This document shows, in pieces, positions 1 to 8,717 of a stretch of DNA of 64,000 nucleotides; the stretch's first letter is position 1, and every line of letters begins with the position of its first letter. Source of the DNA: a bacterium (GTDB lineage: Bacteria; Chlamydiota; Chlamydiia; Chlamydiales; SM23-39). Below the pieces are notes generated by a model. That model was not told where the DNA came from and made no database searches. It saw only the letters and a list, made by a program, of their open reading frames with translations. Position numbers and translations under genes: made by a program. The stretch lies in contig JAJXVT010000002.1 of the NCBI GenBank assembly GCA_021781995.1, forward strand, positions 8,903 to 72,902, given 5' to 3'.

Positions 1-680
1 GCTTGCTGTTTTGAACGCACCGCGGTATCCAAAGAAGAAACCTTATCAGTTAAGGCATTTTTAAATTGATTCAATATCTTAGCACTTGCGGGATCCGCCA
101 TCAGAGTTTGGATATCTTCTTTATATTGAGCCTCTCCACCCGGAGCCCCATTTTTCCCCGGATACGTCTCTACTTTCTGACCCATATTAAATCCAGCCAA
201 GCGCTCCCTAGCACCCGCCACGTCCAACGCCGAAGGCTTATTAACCCCATTAGAGACTCCTCCTACGCGCATCTTTCCATCTAAAGTAGTTTCATTGAGC
301 GTATTTTTCATGCCTTGCGCATTGGTTAACGGCTCTGAGGTGGCCGAAACTTTAGCCGCAATGCCCGTACTAACTGCACCACCAGCTACCGCAACAACTC
401 CTGCAGCTATTTGTTTATCGGCCAATGACCTCAAACCGTCTGCTTGCTCCTTTCCTGCTTGCATCGTGGCATTCGCAGCCACTTCTGCGGCATCTTTTCC
501 CGTTGCAATGAGTTCTTTTTGCATTTCCTGGGCCTTGATCATTAAATCCATTGTATAACCGATCACCGCCATTGCATTTCCTGCCGACAACGCATAGGCC
601 GACGGCTGTACCATACTAAGATTTCCAAATGACGCTGGTACCGGCTGCGCATTGGCTGAATGTTGTGTTGTTGCTGTCAT
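1..680 (-). CDS. Hypothetical protein, N-terminal 226 codons only (gene runs off left edge); possible second T3SS translocator (CopD/SctB-like) by position
   Basis: Not in ORF track (no stop in window). My reverse translation from ATG at 678-680 (MTATTQHSANAQPVPASFGNLSMVQPSAYALSAGNAMAVIGYTMDLMIKAQEMQKEL...) was codon-checked stop-free from 680 down to ~300 and read by eye, without seeing a stop, beyond that to base 1. AGAGG 6 nt upstream of ATG. One hydrophobic stretch IAAGVVAVAGGAVSTGIAA. Directly downstream of the 560-aa translocator-like gene. Confidence 0.45.
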   Translation of the reverse strand, partial: MTATTQHSANAQPVPASFGNLSMVQPSAYALSAGNAMAVIGYTMDLMIKAQEMQKELIATGKDAAEVAANATMQAGKEQADGLRSLADKQIAAGVVAVAGGAVSTGIAAKVSATSEPLTNAQGMKNTLNETTLDGKMRVGGVSNGVNKPSALDVAGARERLAGFNMGQKVETYPGKNGAPGGEAQYKEDIQTLMADPASAKILNQFKNALTDKVSSLDTAVRSKQQ

Positions 681-704
681 AATTACCTCTGTTTTTTTTG
701 TTTT

Positions 705-2387
705 TTAAATTTGAGCCGCAGCCAAATATGGTTTTGCGTAACTTGCAAACAAGTTCAAAATAGCTTGATAATTACTATTCACCTGATTAGCTGATTGTTG
801 ATTATTGTTCATTTGAGTATTTGCTGCTTTAATAATGTATTCAAATAACAGTATCTGCGCTTGATCCACCGAAACAGCTTGCACCGCACCCGCCTGGTCG
901 CGGAGCGCCTCTCCTTGGATAATTCCAGATGCACCTTGACCCACGCCCAGTCCTGCTTGTACAATATTGAGTCCCTTGAGCAAAATAGCTGTATTATTAG
1001 TACCTAATAACTTAGCAGCCATGCTCGTCGTGTCAGCAACACTTCCCAACATCTGACCAGCTTTGTAGCCTCCGGCAAGCGCAAAGACCAGAGCGATCGC
1101 CATCCCGGTATAGTCTCCGATCTCTTGCGCTGTCTTATCGCCAGCTTTACAAGCCTTCGCAATCGCATATGCAATATCAGTCCAAGGGTTGGCAACTGAA
1201 AATGAACTCGATAATCCTAGCAAGAAGTTACCTTTAGCTATCGATGCAGTTGTCTTACTTGCGTTTTTTGCAATATTGCCAGTAGAATCAGGACTCAATT
1301 CACTTGCAGCAGATTCCATCTCATCGACCGCTGAATTGGCAGCAGATTCCGCTGCCGATTCTGAAGAGTCGACACTCAATTCACCTGCCGCCGCTCCCAT
1401 CTCATCCACTATTGAATCCGCAGCGGATTGAGCAGCCGATTCGGCCGCTGATTCTACAACATCACCTAAAGCACTCGAACCCACTTCCATTCCGATATTT
1501 CCCGCAGAAATGGAAGCCTCAGCGGCTCCATCCGCGACGACGCCGGCAGCAGCTCCAGCCATTCCACTTCCAACAGCACCCGAACCCGCCACTTCTACTA
1601 CAACCGATTCAGACACAGCATCTTCAGCTGCAGATAACGATGCATCTTCAGCAACAGAACTACTCACTTCAGCCGCTGAATCAACGGCAGCTTCAGTCGC
1701 AGCAGTAGCCGCTCCCGCAGCTACAGCTTCCGGAGCTACAAGCAAAGCACCTATCCCTGCGGTAGCTATAGCAACGCCAATATCAATAGCGATTTCAGCC
1801 ATAATTTTGTTGCCAAGTCCTAACCCACTTAACGCCTTATTTAAGGCTGCCTGTCCGCCCGACAAGGTCATAGTCAGCATAAATACCCCCATCAGCACTA
1901 GACCGGGGTTACTTGTAATCACACCTATCGCAACAAGCAAAGCTGAGGCAATAATACCTAGTATCTTTTGCCATGAAGATGCATGCGCTTGCTGGCTAAT
2001 TGCAGCCATCAGTTTGCCCAATTGCTGCGACGCATCTGTTACAGCTTGCTTCATCGCATTAACCCCAATCCCAGCAATTTGAGACTGAAGCTGTCCCACC
2101 TTACCGTTATTTGCAACAATTTGAATCGCTGCCAAAACAATGACTTGCATATATTGGCTTAAGATGTCCAAATAACCACCTGCAGGAGAACCTGGTTTAC
2201 TAGCATCTAATACAGGAGATGCTGTCGACAACAAAGTTCCTTGCGTGCTAGTGGCAGCCGTTGTACTTGCCACAGAAGAAGGCGCATTGCCCGCAGCGGT
2301 TAACTGCTCTAATTCTAACGCTGCTTCCAATAATGCTGCCGCCTGCGCATTGGCTGCAGCGGCTTGGGATCCCGACATACTTGTCAT
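705..2387 (-). CDS. Putative T3SS hydrophobic translocator (CopB/SctE-like), 560 aa
   Basis: Long ORF with GGAG 8 nt upstream. Hydrophobic hairpin WQKILGIIASALLVAIGVITSNPGLVLMGVFMLTMTL plus two further TM-like segments. Acidic Ser/Ala tandem repeat. Gln/Asn-rich helical C-terminus. Adjacent to the T3SS operon. No database search done. Confidence 0.45.
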   Translation of the reverse strand: MTSMSGSQAAAANAQAAALLEAALELEQLTAAGNAPSSVASTTAATSTQGTLLSTASPVLDASKPGSPAGGYLDILSQYMQVIVLAAIQIVANNGKVGQLQSQIAGIGVNAMKQAVTDASQQLGKLMAAISQQAHASSWQKILGIIASALLVAIGVITSNPGLVLMGVFMLTMTLSGGQAALNKALSGLGLGNKIMAEIAIDIGVAIATAGIGALLVAPEAVAAGAATAATEAAVDSAAEVSSSVAEDASLSAAEDAVSESVVVEVAGSGAVGSGMAGAAAGVVADGAAEASISAGNIGMEVGSSALGDVVESAAESAAQSAADSIVDEMGAAAGELSVDSSESAAESAANSAVDEMESAASELSPDSTGNIAKNASKTTASIAKGNFLLGLSSSFSVANPWTDIAYAIAKACKAGDKTAQEIGDYTGMAIALVFALAGGYKAGQMLGSVADTTSMAAKLLGTNNTAILLKGLNIVQAGLGVGQGASGIIQGEALRDQAGAVQAVSVDQAQILLFEYIIKAANTQMNNNQQSANQVNSNYQAILNLFASYAKPYLAAAQI

Positions 2388-2400
2388 AATTCTTATCTCC

Positions 2401-2982
2401 TTACAGCGTGTTTGTCACTGTATTGATCAGCTGCAAGAAGCTTTGAATTAGCTGCAAGCATGTCTGAACTTGGTTTTGTACACTAGAGGCGTTCTGGTTC
2501 GCCTGCTGCGCCATACCTGAGGCGCGAGAACTATCTTCACTATACTGCGTGTTGTGGGCATTTAAAGCCGAAGTTGCAACCTGCAGGTAAGTTGACTGTT
2601 GGTTATTGGCTGTCGCTACCGTTAAGCACCAGTTTACAATCTGTTGGTCAGTAAAATATCCTGCGGGAGCGATTGTACCGTCTGATTTAATCGGAGGCCA
2701 AAAAACAACACCGGGAGGAGGGACATTTCCCGTAGGCAATGGTCCGGAAAAACCGGATGTACCCGCACTACCGGACAATAAATTAATCCAATAGTTAGCC
2801 TGTTGCTCCGCTAAAGTCTGAATGAAAGCGGCTGTAGGAATAATACCCAAGCTGACATAGTTCTGCACAGCCTGAATCTGCTCCATCAAAATAATCGACG
2901 CCAACCACATAGCACCCGGGCTCCACACACGCCCCGTATTACTACTACCACTAGCATCTACTTGATTTACCGCTGTTGACAT
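2401..2982 (-). CDS. Hypothetical protein, 193 aa; candidate T3SS substrate, first gene of a three-gene unit
   Basis: ORF with AAGGGAG 8 nt upstream. Only 13 nt from the next gene. Gln/Asn-rich helical C-terminus (QNQVQTCLQLIQSFLQLINTVTNTL). No recognisable domain. Confidence 0.55.
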   Translation of the reverse strand: MSTAVNQVDASGSSNTGRVWSPGAMWLASIILMEQIQAVQNYVSLGIIPTAAFIQTLAEQQANYWINLLSGSAGTSGFSGPLPTGNVPPPGVVFWPPIKSDGTIAPAGYFTDQQIVNWCLTVATANNQQSTYLQVATSALNAHNTQYSEDSSRASGMAQQANQNASSVQNQVQTCLQLIQSFLQLINTVTNTL

Positions 2983-3028
2983 TACTAAACTCCCTTGGGT
3001 TTTATTTTTAAAACACCCTTCGTACTTA

Positions 3029-3057
3029 ATTATATATTAATACTATATAAAAGTAAA
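3029..3057 (-). promoter_or_regulatory. Sigma-70/sigma-66-like promoter candidate for the 193-aa/560-aa unit
   Basis: On the minus strand: TTTACT, 17 nt spacer, TATAAT, inside a 278-bp AT-rich spacer. Predicted 5' UTR ~40 nt. Confidence 0.35.
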
Positions 3058-3260
3058 CGCTAATTAAATATTACTAAAACTGTTTAATACTAATTACTTA
3101 AACACACCCTTAACTAATTCACTATCAGCTGAATACAGAAAAACCGTAGAAAGATTTTCTTAAACGCCTAACTATTAGCTAGTTGCGATCTTTAAAACAA
3201 AACCGCCGCTGATTACCCGTAAAATTGCAGGCATTAAACATGGAGGTTCGAAAGGAGCTG

Positions 3261-3977
3261 CTATCGATCCAAAACTTGACGAATCGCTACAGCCTCTTTA
3301 ACCCCTTTTTCTTCAGAGGCATGCACCGAAGAAGTAACAGGAGAGCTATGAGAAGCGCTCACCAGAGCTTTACCCAATAAAATTGCCAGCTTTGAAAGAT
3401 CCTGCCCAAGATTCGAAGAGCTAGACATATTTTGACTATCGTTGGATACTTGTCCCTGAGGCTGCGAACTGAGCTGCAGGTTTGCAATTTCAAAAACGAC
3501 AGTCGAAAACGTTGTATTGGCCGTGTTCAAAGCACCTAATGTTGCTTGGTTTTTATTTACATTATACGCAGCTTGGGCTGTATTTACATTGATAATAGCC
3601 TCGGTGAGCTGTTGCAACAATTGCGTGGTTTGTTGAGTCACTTGTTGAGAAGATTGTGAATTTACTTGAGCCATATGGGACATGATTTGAGAAATAGTTT
3701 GTTTATTTGCGGATAACATAACAGACGCGATCACGATAATTTGCATATAAGCAGCTAATATAGATAAATAACTAGACCCGCTATTACCATTTGCTAAACT
3801 TTGCAATGTAGGGGATTGCGTTGACAGCAAAGTCCCTTGAGTTGCTACAGAGGTGGTCGATGAACTAGTAGCCGTTGATGACGCGCCATTTTGTATCAAC
3901 GATTCTTGCGCCAATAGCAATGCAGCTAATTCTTGCGTCGCATTTGTTGATGCTATTTGAGAAGTTGCTGACGTCAT
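3261..3977 (-). CDS. Hypothetical protein, 238 aa; N-terminal ~125 aa paralogous to the 560-aa translocator-like protein, no TM hairpin
   Basis: Shared blocks MTS..SQ, ATQGTLLST.SP.L and YL.IL..YMQ.IV.A with ORF 705-2387. AAGGTGG upstream of ATG. Ser/Thr/Gln-rich. Confidence 0.6.
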   Translation of the reverse strand: MTSATSQIASTNATQELAALLLAQESLIQNGASSTATSSSTTSVATQGTLLSTQSPTLQSLANGNSGSSYLSILAAYMQIIVIASVMLSANKQTISQIMSHMAQVNSQSSQQVTQQTTQLLQQLTEAIINVNTAQAAYNVNKNQATLGALNTANTTFSTVVFEIANLQLSSQPQGQVSNDSQNMSSSSNLGQDLSKLAILLGKALVSASHSSPVTSSVHASEEKGVKEAVAIRQVLDR

Positions 3978-4002
3978 AATACCACCTTATTTTTATTTAA
4001 CA

Positions 4003-4341
4003 CTATTTACGTTTTTTAGATGTTCGACCTGTTTTCAACTCTCGAAATTTACGATTCAATTCCACTGAATATGGGTCAGCGGGATTCTTCATTGGAAGAT
4101 TTTGAGGGTCCAATCCCGAAAACGCAGACAAGCGCTTGAGTTGATCTTGCAACGCTTGCTGCACTTCCATCGATTCCTGCAAAGCATTTTCACGCTCTAC
4201 AGAATCAGAAGAATGCAACTTGTTTTTAATCATACGCAAATAATTGAACGTTGCCTCTGTTAATGAAGACAATCGTTCCATTGTTAAAGAATTCGGATCC
4301 CTTAAAGTCTCTAGCAATTGTTCTCGATACGTTGATGTCAT
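4003..4341 (-). CDS. Small helical protein with basic tail, 112 aa (paralogue family member)
   Basis: Aligns with ORF 4354-4743 (L.ET..D...LT.E......E....Y.......L.S.....RE.L..ES.E....L). C-terminal KTGRTSKKRK. AGGGG upstream. Confidence 0.6.
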   Translation of the reverse strand: MTSTYREQLLETLRDPNSLTMERLSSLTEATFNYLRMIKNKLHSSDSVERENALQESMEVQQALQDQLKRLSAFSGLDPQNLPMKNPADPYSVELNRKFRELKTGRTSKKRK

Positions 4342-4353
4342 TTCAACCCCTAA

Positions 4354-4743
4354 TTAGCTTACGATTTTTAATCTTTTACGACGTTTAGATGTTTTATTAT
4401 CCGATTTTGGACGTAAAGAGTTAAATTTAGCCTTAATATCATCGATTAATTGTCTTTCAGCCGGATTTAATTGAGAAGCACTGCTTCCTAGCGCAGACAA
4501 TTGAGCTGGGTCCATACCCGTGGCATCGCAAAAAGAGGCCATTTGTTTTTCCAAAACCTCTCGAAGCTCTAAAGACTCCTTCATAAGCTGCTCTCTTACA
4601 GCAGGTTCTGTAGAAGTCAGTCGTTCTTGCATCTGCTGGAAGTACCTCATTGTTTCATCGACCAAAAACATAATCTTTTCTGGCGTTAAAGTGTGAACAT
4701 CACTAAACGTTTCTTGTATTAAACTTTTATATGAAGTAGCCAT
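4354..4743 (-). CDS. Small helical protein with basic tail, ~129 aa (paralogue family member)
   Basis: Track ORF starts at TTG 4749. ATG at 4743 has AAGGAG 9 nt upstream, so I prefer it. C-terminal KTSKRRKRLKIVS. Confidence 0.6.
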   Translation of the reverse strand: MATSYKSLIQETFSDVHTLTPEKIMFLVDETMRYFQQMQERLTSTEPAVREQLMKESLELREVLEKQMASFCDATGMDPAQLSALGSSASQLNPAERQLIDDIKAKFNSLRPKSDNKTSKRRKRLKIVS

Positions 4744-4816
4744 AGTCAATTTCTCCTTATCTCAATTCTAAATTAAACAGAATTAAAAGTAAAGAAATTG
4801 TTATTACACTGAACAA

Positions 4817-5617
4817 CTAACACATCAGGCGCCAATACCCAAAGGCCTCGGCATATGACATACCGCCCTGATTATTAGCCATTTGGTAAGCATTCACAAA
4901 ACGATAGATATTAGGGTAATCAGGATTTACGTAAGGCCCTGATTGTAAGATAGATGAAAGCACATCCTGAATCCCGTACATAGCGGCATAGGCGGCGCAC
5001 ATCTGTCCTGCGCAGGTTGAAGCTGAAAAAAATCCATTTGAGCTAGTGTGAACTAATGTATCTAAATCAGGTCCTGCCGTATTGAGCATGGTAGTCAACA
5101 ATAACGCCTTTTCCATCATTAAATAGGCAAAAAGCGTATTGGGGTCGGTTGCGCTACGAGGGTTGACCTGGCCGCTTGCACATAATTGCGCTAAGTAACC
5201 TTGCGATTTAAAGGCAACCCCTCCTGAGTTGTTTATCCATCCGGACAAAGCGGTATTCGCAACACTCGTATTGATCGATCCATCGGCATTGAGCAATGCA
5301 GACAAATTTAAATTTCCAGCTCCAGAGGACATAAATTGATCCAGAAGAGTTGTTGCATTTGGATCAGCTGCTTTTGCCGCCGGTAATTGAAGTTGTATAA
5401 CTTTGTATATCCGGATAATTTCAGCATCTAGAGCGGTATTTCCGTTGTTAGAGCGTTGCTGTAATAAATTTAGCAGATACCCCATATATGCCGATGTTTG
5501 GGCCGCTAACTCAAAACCTGTAGCCGGAGACTGGTTAGAAGGATCTAATTTAGTACTCGGAGGCGTGCTGAAATCGGAATGAATACTATACGGATCTGGA
5601 GGATAAATAGTAGGCAT
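4817..5617 (-). CDS. Hypothetical protein, 266 aa (orphan; candidate effector)
   Basis: Long ORF co-oriented with the cluster. No TM and no recognisable motif. Confidence 0.55.
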   Translation of the reverse strand: MPTIYPPDPYSIHSDFSTPPSTKLDPSNQSPATGFELAAQTSAYMGYLLNLLQQRSNNGNTALDAEIIRIYKVIQLQLPAAKAADPNATTLLDQFMSSGAGNLNLSALLNADGSINTSVANTALSGWINNSGGVAFKSQGYLAQLCASGQVNPRSATDPNTLFAYLMMEKALLLTTMLNTAGPDLDTLVHTSSNGFFSASTCAGQMCAAYAAMYGIQDVLSSILQSGPYVNPDYPNIYRFVNAYQMANNQGGMSYAEAFGYWRLMC

Positions 5618-5713
5618 AATTCACATCCACTGTTAGTTAAATATATATTATAACACACAGTGGGGAAAATAACTTATGGTAAGTATACCGAAAAAATTGC
5701 AGTTCATATACAT

Positions 5714-5744
5714 CGTTCCGTTTAGGTGTCTTTCAAACGGGACG
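5714..5744 (-). terminator. Stem-loop downstream of the 82-aa gene (possible terminator)
   Basis: CGTTCCGTTT / AAACGGGACG: 10-bp stem with one mismatch, 11-nt loop. The T-run lies ~16 nt further downstream on the minus strand, so it is not canonical. Confidence 0.3.
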
Positions 5745-5760
5745 AGTATATCCCGATATT

Positions 5761-6009
5761 TCAATCGTTTTCCGTATATAACAATCCATTTTTTTTCACG
5801 TTGTCCAACGTAAATTGATTGATCATAGCTCGAACCGCTTTATATTCCTGTTCGGCTAGCGCCTTTTCTTCGGGATTGTCCGACCCGAGACGAGTGCTGA
5901 TATTTTCAGCCAATTTCTTCACTTCTTCGATGAGCGTCCCCAATTGAGCCAAATCTTGTTCCGTTGGTTTATTACACAACGACTCTAGTATCTTTTTAAT
6001 AATTTCCAT
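5761..6009 (-). CDS. Small helical acidic protein, 82 aa; distant third member of the small-protein family
   Basis: GAGGTGA upstream. Pattern ..DLAQLGTLIEEVKKLAENISTRLGSDNPEEKALAEQE resembles the N-terminal two-thirds of the 112/129-aa proteins. Lacks the basic tail. Confidence 0.5.
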   Translation of the reverse strand: MEIIKKILESLCNKPTEQDLAQLGTLIEEVKKLAENISTRLGSDNPEEKALAEQEYKAVRAMINQFTLDNVKKNGLLYTEND

Positions 6010-6423
6010 AATAAACTCACCTCAAGCATGATTATATCACAAATAAAATTATTTGTATACCCAAACTTATTCTATAGTTGGCGCGAAATTCGAGCTTTCT
6101 GATGCGCATCTGTATTGTAGTGAGATACAAAAAGAAACGAGCTGTGCGGATCGGTAGAAAAGAATCGTGGCCGAGTTGTAGTAGCTCTATCGCTGTTAAA
6201 GGCTGTTGACGCACAGTCTGGCCACAATTTTGCTTGTGTTTTTAATTCAACCATAAGAATAATGAACACCAGGGGTCTATACGGAGAGTGATTCAAGTAT
6301 CGGAATAAGACTAGCAGGCGTCGTAAAGCAAGTCATGTTAAAAAACATAAGCAACGCAAACGCCACTAAAAGCAAAGCTGTTAGACACAGCCAGGATCGA
6401 TTCTTGAATTACGAGCAATATAT

Positions 6424-6834
6424 ATGGCAGAGCAAATCGAACAATTTATCGAACAAGTATGCGCAGAATTGGAGTTGGATCTTCCAAAATCTGAACAAAA
6501 AAACGTGTTTTCATTCCAACTACGTTCAGATATTTCTGTAGAAATCCGATATTTACATCCCGGATTTAGTTTGTTTGCTATGATTTCTCCCTGCCCTCAC
6601 GTTCGAAAAGAAGATCTTTTTATGGAACTGATGAGAGCCAATCACCTCGGTCAATTAACAGGAGCCAATCGCATTGGACTCAGCCCCGATGAGAAATTCT
6701 TGACACTGTCTTCTGCAATGCCGTATGAAGTAAATTACCGCACTTTTCGAGATTCCTTAGAAGACTTTGTGAATTTCCTTGTATACTGGCGGGAAGAAAT
6801 AAAAAAACATGAACTGCAACAAACGATAATGTAA
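6424..6834 (+). CDS. Class I T3SS chaperone (CesT/SycE fold), positional equivalent of chlamydial Scc4 (CT663)
   Basis: 136 aa and acidic. Pattern F.F.L..D..V.I......F.LFA.I...P...KEDLF.ELM.AN.....TG...IGL..D...L.L is typical of CesT-family chaperones. Immediately upstream of sctD. Confidence 0.7.
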   Translation: MAEQIEQFIEQVCAELELDLPKSEQKNVFSFQLRSDISVEIRYLHPGFSLFAMISPCPHVRKEDLFMELMRANHLGQLTGANRIGLSPDEKFLTLSSAMPYEVNYRTFRDSLEDFVNFLVYWREEIKKHELQQTIM

Positions 6835-6836
6835 CC

Positions 6837-8705
6837 ATGCCGGCACATCTAATTGTTCAAGAAGGTCCCAATCCGGGTTTGCTATTTGATTTAGAGCAAG
6901 GACATACATGGATTATCGGAAGAGATCCTACAGTCGCAGATTTTGTCCTAGAAGATAACACGGTATCTCGTCGGCATGCTCGCATTACCAAAGAAGAACA
7001 AGGCATTTACCTAGAAAATTTAAGCCAGATTTCGCCAACGCTTGTAAACGGAGAAGAAATTTCAGAACCTCACTTACTACACGAGGGAGATCTTCTTCAA
7101 ATTGGCCAAAATTTATTTTTATTTTCAGAAGCTGCCTCACAAGAGCAACCACCACAAGAACCAAAACAAAAAAACAAAACACAAGATCACTACGACGATA
7201 TTTTCGGATCTTTAGAAGAGCCCACCCCTCCTCCAAACGATGAATTATCCGATATCCAAAGAGAAGATATCCATACAGAAAAAGCATCGAACCCGAAAGA
7301 AAAAAAAGAAGACTCTAGCTACGACACTATTTTCGAAGCTGGACCCGATGATCTCCCATTCCCGTTGCTTTCTGACACCCCTCTTATGCTCAAAGTCGTC
7401 TCAGGTCCTAACGCCGGAGCGGAAATCGGAATTGAAAAGGGGCGCTCTTATACAATCGGAAAAGATCCAAACTCTTCAGATATTGTTTTTCAAGACTTAA
7501 GCGTTTCGCGTGTACATGCGCGCCTCACAGTATCCGATGACGGCATTTTAGAGATCGAAGATTTAGGCTCAAAAAACGGAACTGTAGTCAGTGGGATTCC
7601 CATTGCGGAAAAGCAAATCATCACGCCGCAAGATTTAATTGCCGTTGGCACCACGGTTTTTTTAATCATCGATCGCGAAGCTCCACAAGAGACCATTTAC
7701 TCTCCGGCTATACCCTCTTTTGAAGCGCCCTCTGAAGAGCCGATCGAAGAGCTGCCCGCCCCGGAAGAAACTCCCATCATCGAAGAAGACTGGAAGCAAA
7801 AACCTCTGCCCGTTAAACACCTCATTTTTGCAGCCTCTTTTGCCGCCGTTTTTTTCATTGTTTTTTTAAGCTTTTTTTCGCTCTTTAAATCAGGCGGGTC
7901 GGAAATTGTCATCAAGATGCCGCATGAAAGAATTCAAGATGCAATCGCAAAATTCGAAGATGTGCAATTTTCGTTCAACCCAGCTTCGGGCAAATTATTT
8001 CTAGTCGGACATGTGCTAACACCTATCGACTATCAAGAGCTTGCCTACCGTCTAGATCAACTCGAAATCATTCAAAGCACAGAAAATAACATCGTCATCG
8101 ATGAACTTGTGTGGAAATCGACCAATGATGTGCTCAACGAAAACCAAGCATGGCGCTCTGTCAGCATCCATTCCCCTCGCGCAGGAAAATTTGTCGTATC
8201 GGGTTTTTTGTCCACCAATGCGATCGCATCGCAACTATACGACTTTTTAACCGTGAATTTTCCCTATCTCGATCGCTTGGAAAATCACATTGCAATTGAA
8301 GAAAATTTAAACGCGCAGCTGCAAGGTTTTATTGCTGAATCTGGACTGAGCGGCGTAGTATTTCAAATCAATAACGGTGAAATCATTGTCGCAGGACGCT
8401 ATCCGCAAAACAAAGGCACAAAATTTGAAAACATGCTCAAAGAAATACGCAGCATTAAAGGAATTGCACGCGTTAAAAATTTTGCAGTCCCTGTCGAAGT
8501 AGATACCGAAGGATTCGATATATCTCAGCAATTTACAGTAGGAGGCTTTTCCACACATGATGGCAAAGGCTTTAGCGTTGTGTTGAATGGAAAACTATAC
8601 ACAATCGGCGACTTTGTAGATGGCCTGAAAATTATATCTATCGCGCAAAATACGATTCTTCTTGAAAAAGAAGGATTAAAATATAGAATTGACTATACCC
8701 GATGA
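6837..8705 (+). CDS. sctD: T3SS inner-membrane ring protein SctD (CdsD) with two N-terminal FHA domains
   Basis: FHA signatures: WIIGRDPTVADFVLEDNTVSRRHARI...NGEEI and YTIGKDPNSSDIVFQDLSVSRVHARL...SKNGTVVSG. Single TM LIFAASFAAVFFIVFLSFFSLF. Periplasmic C-terminal region. Operon position. Confidence 0.85.
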   Translation: MPAHLIVQEGPNPGLLFDLEQGHTWIIGRDPTVADFVLEDNTVSRRHARITKEEQGIYLENLSQISPTLVNGEEISEPHLLHEGDLLQIGQNLFLFSEAASQEQPPQEPKQKNKTQDHYDDIFGSLEEPTPPPNDELSDIQREDIHTEKASNPKEKKEDSSYDTIFEAGPDDLPFPLLSDTPLMLKVVSGPNAGAEIGIEKGRSYTIGKDPNSSDIVFQDLSVSRVHARLTVSDDGILEIEDLGSKNGTVVSGIPIAEKQIITPQDLIAVGTTVFLIIDREAPQETIYSPAIPSFEAPSEEPIEELPAPEETPIIEEDWKQKPLPVKHLIFAASFAAVFFIVFLSFFSLFKSGGSEIVIKMPHERIQDAIAKFEDVQFSFNPASGKLFLVGHVLTPIDYQELAYRLDQLEIIQSTENNIVIDELVWKSTNDVLNENQAWRSVSIHSPRAGKFVVSGFLSTNAIASQLYDFLTVNFPYLDRLENHIAIEENLNAQLQGFIAESGLSGVVFQINNGEIIVAGRYPQNKGTKFENMLKEIRSIKGIARVKNFAVPVEVDTEGFDISQQFTVGGFSTHDGKGFSVVLNGKLYTIGDFVDGLKIISIAQNTILLEKEGLKYRIDYTR

Positions 8706-8717
8706 ATAGAGGTGTTT

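Noticed and set aside
1004-2082. Several long ORFs (1004-1195 on the same strand as the 560-aa gene in another frame; 1189-1431, 1304-1708, 1510-2082 on the + strand) overlapping the 560-aa gene
   Set aside because: They lie wholly inside a longer ORF with a good SD. They are low-complexity (Ala/Ser/Pro/Gln) translations produced by the repetitive GC-rich codons of that gene. They have no start context.
6032-6296. Two overlapping minus-strand ORFs (60 and 74 aa) in the spacer upstream of the T3SS operon
   Set aside because: They overlap each other in different frames, have no SD, show odd amino-acid composition and have no paralogues. I treat them as non-coding spacer.
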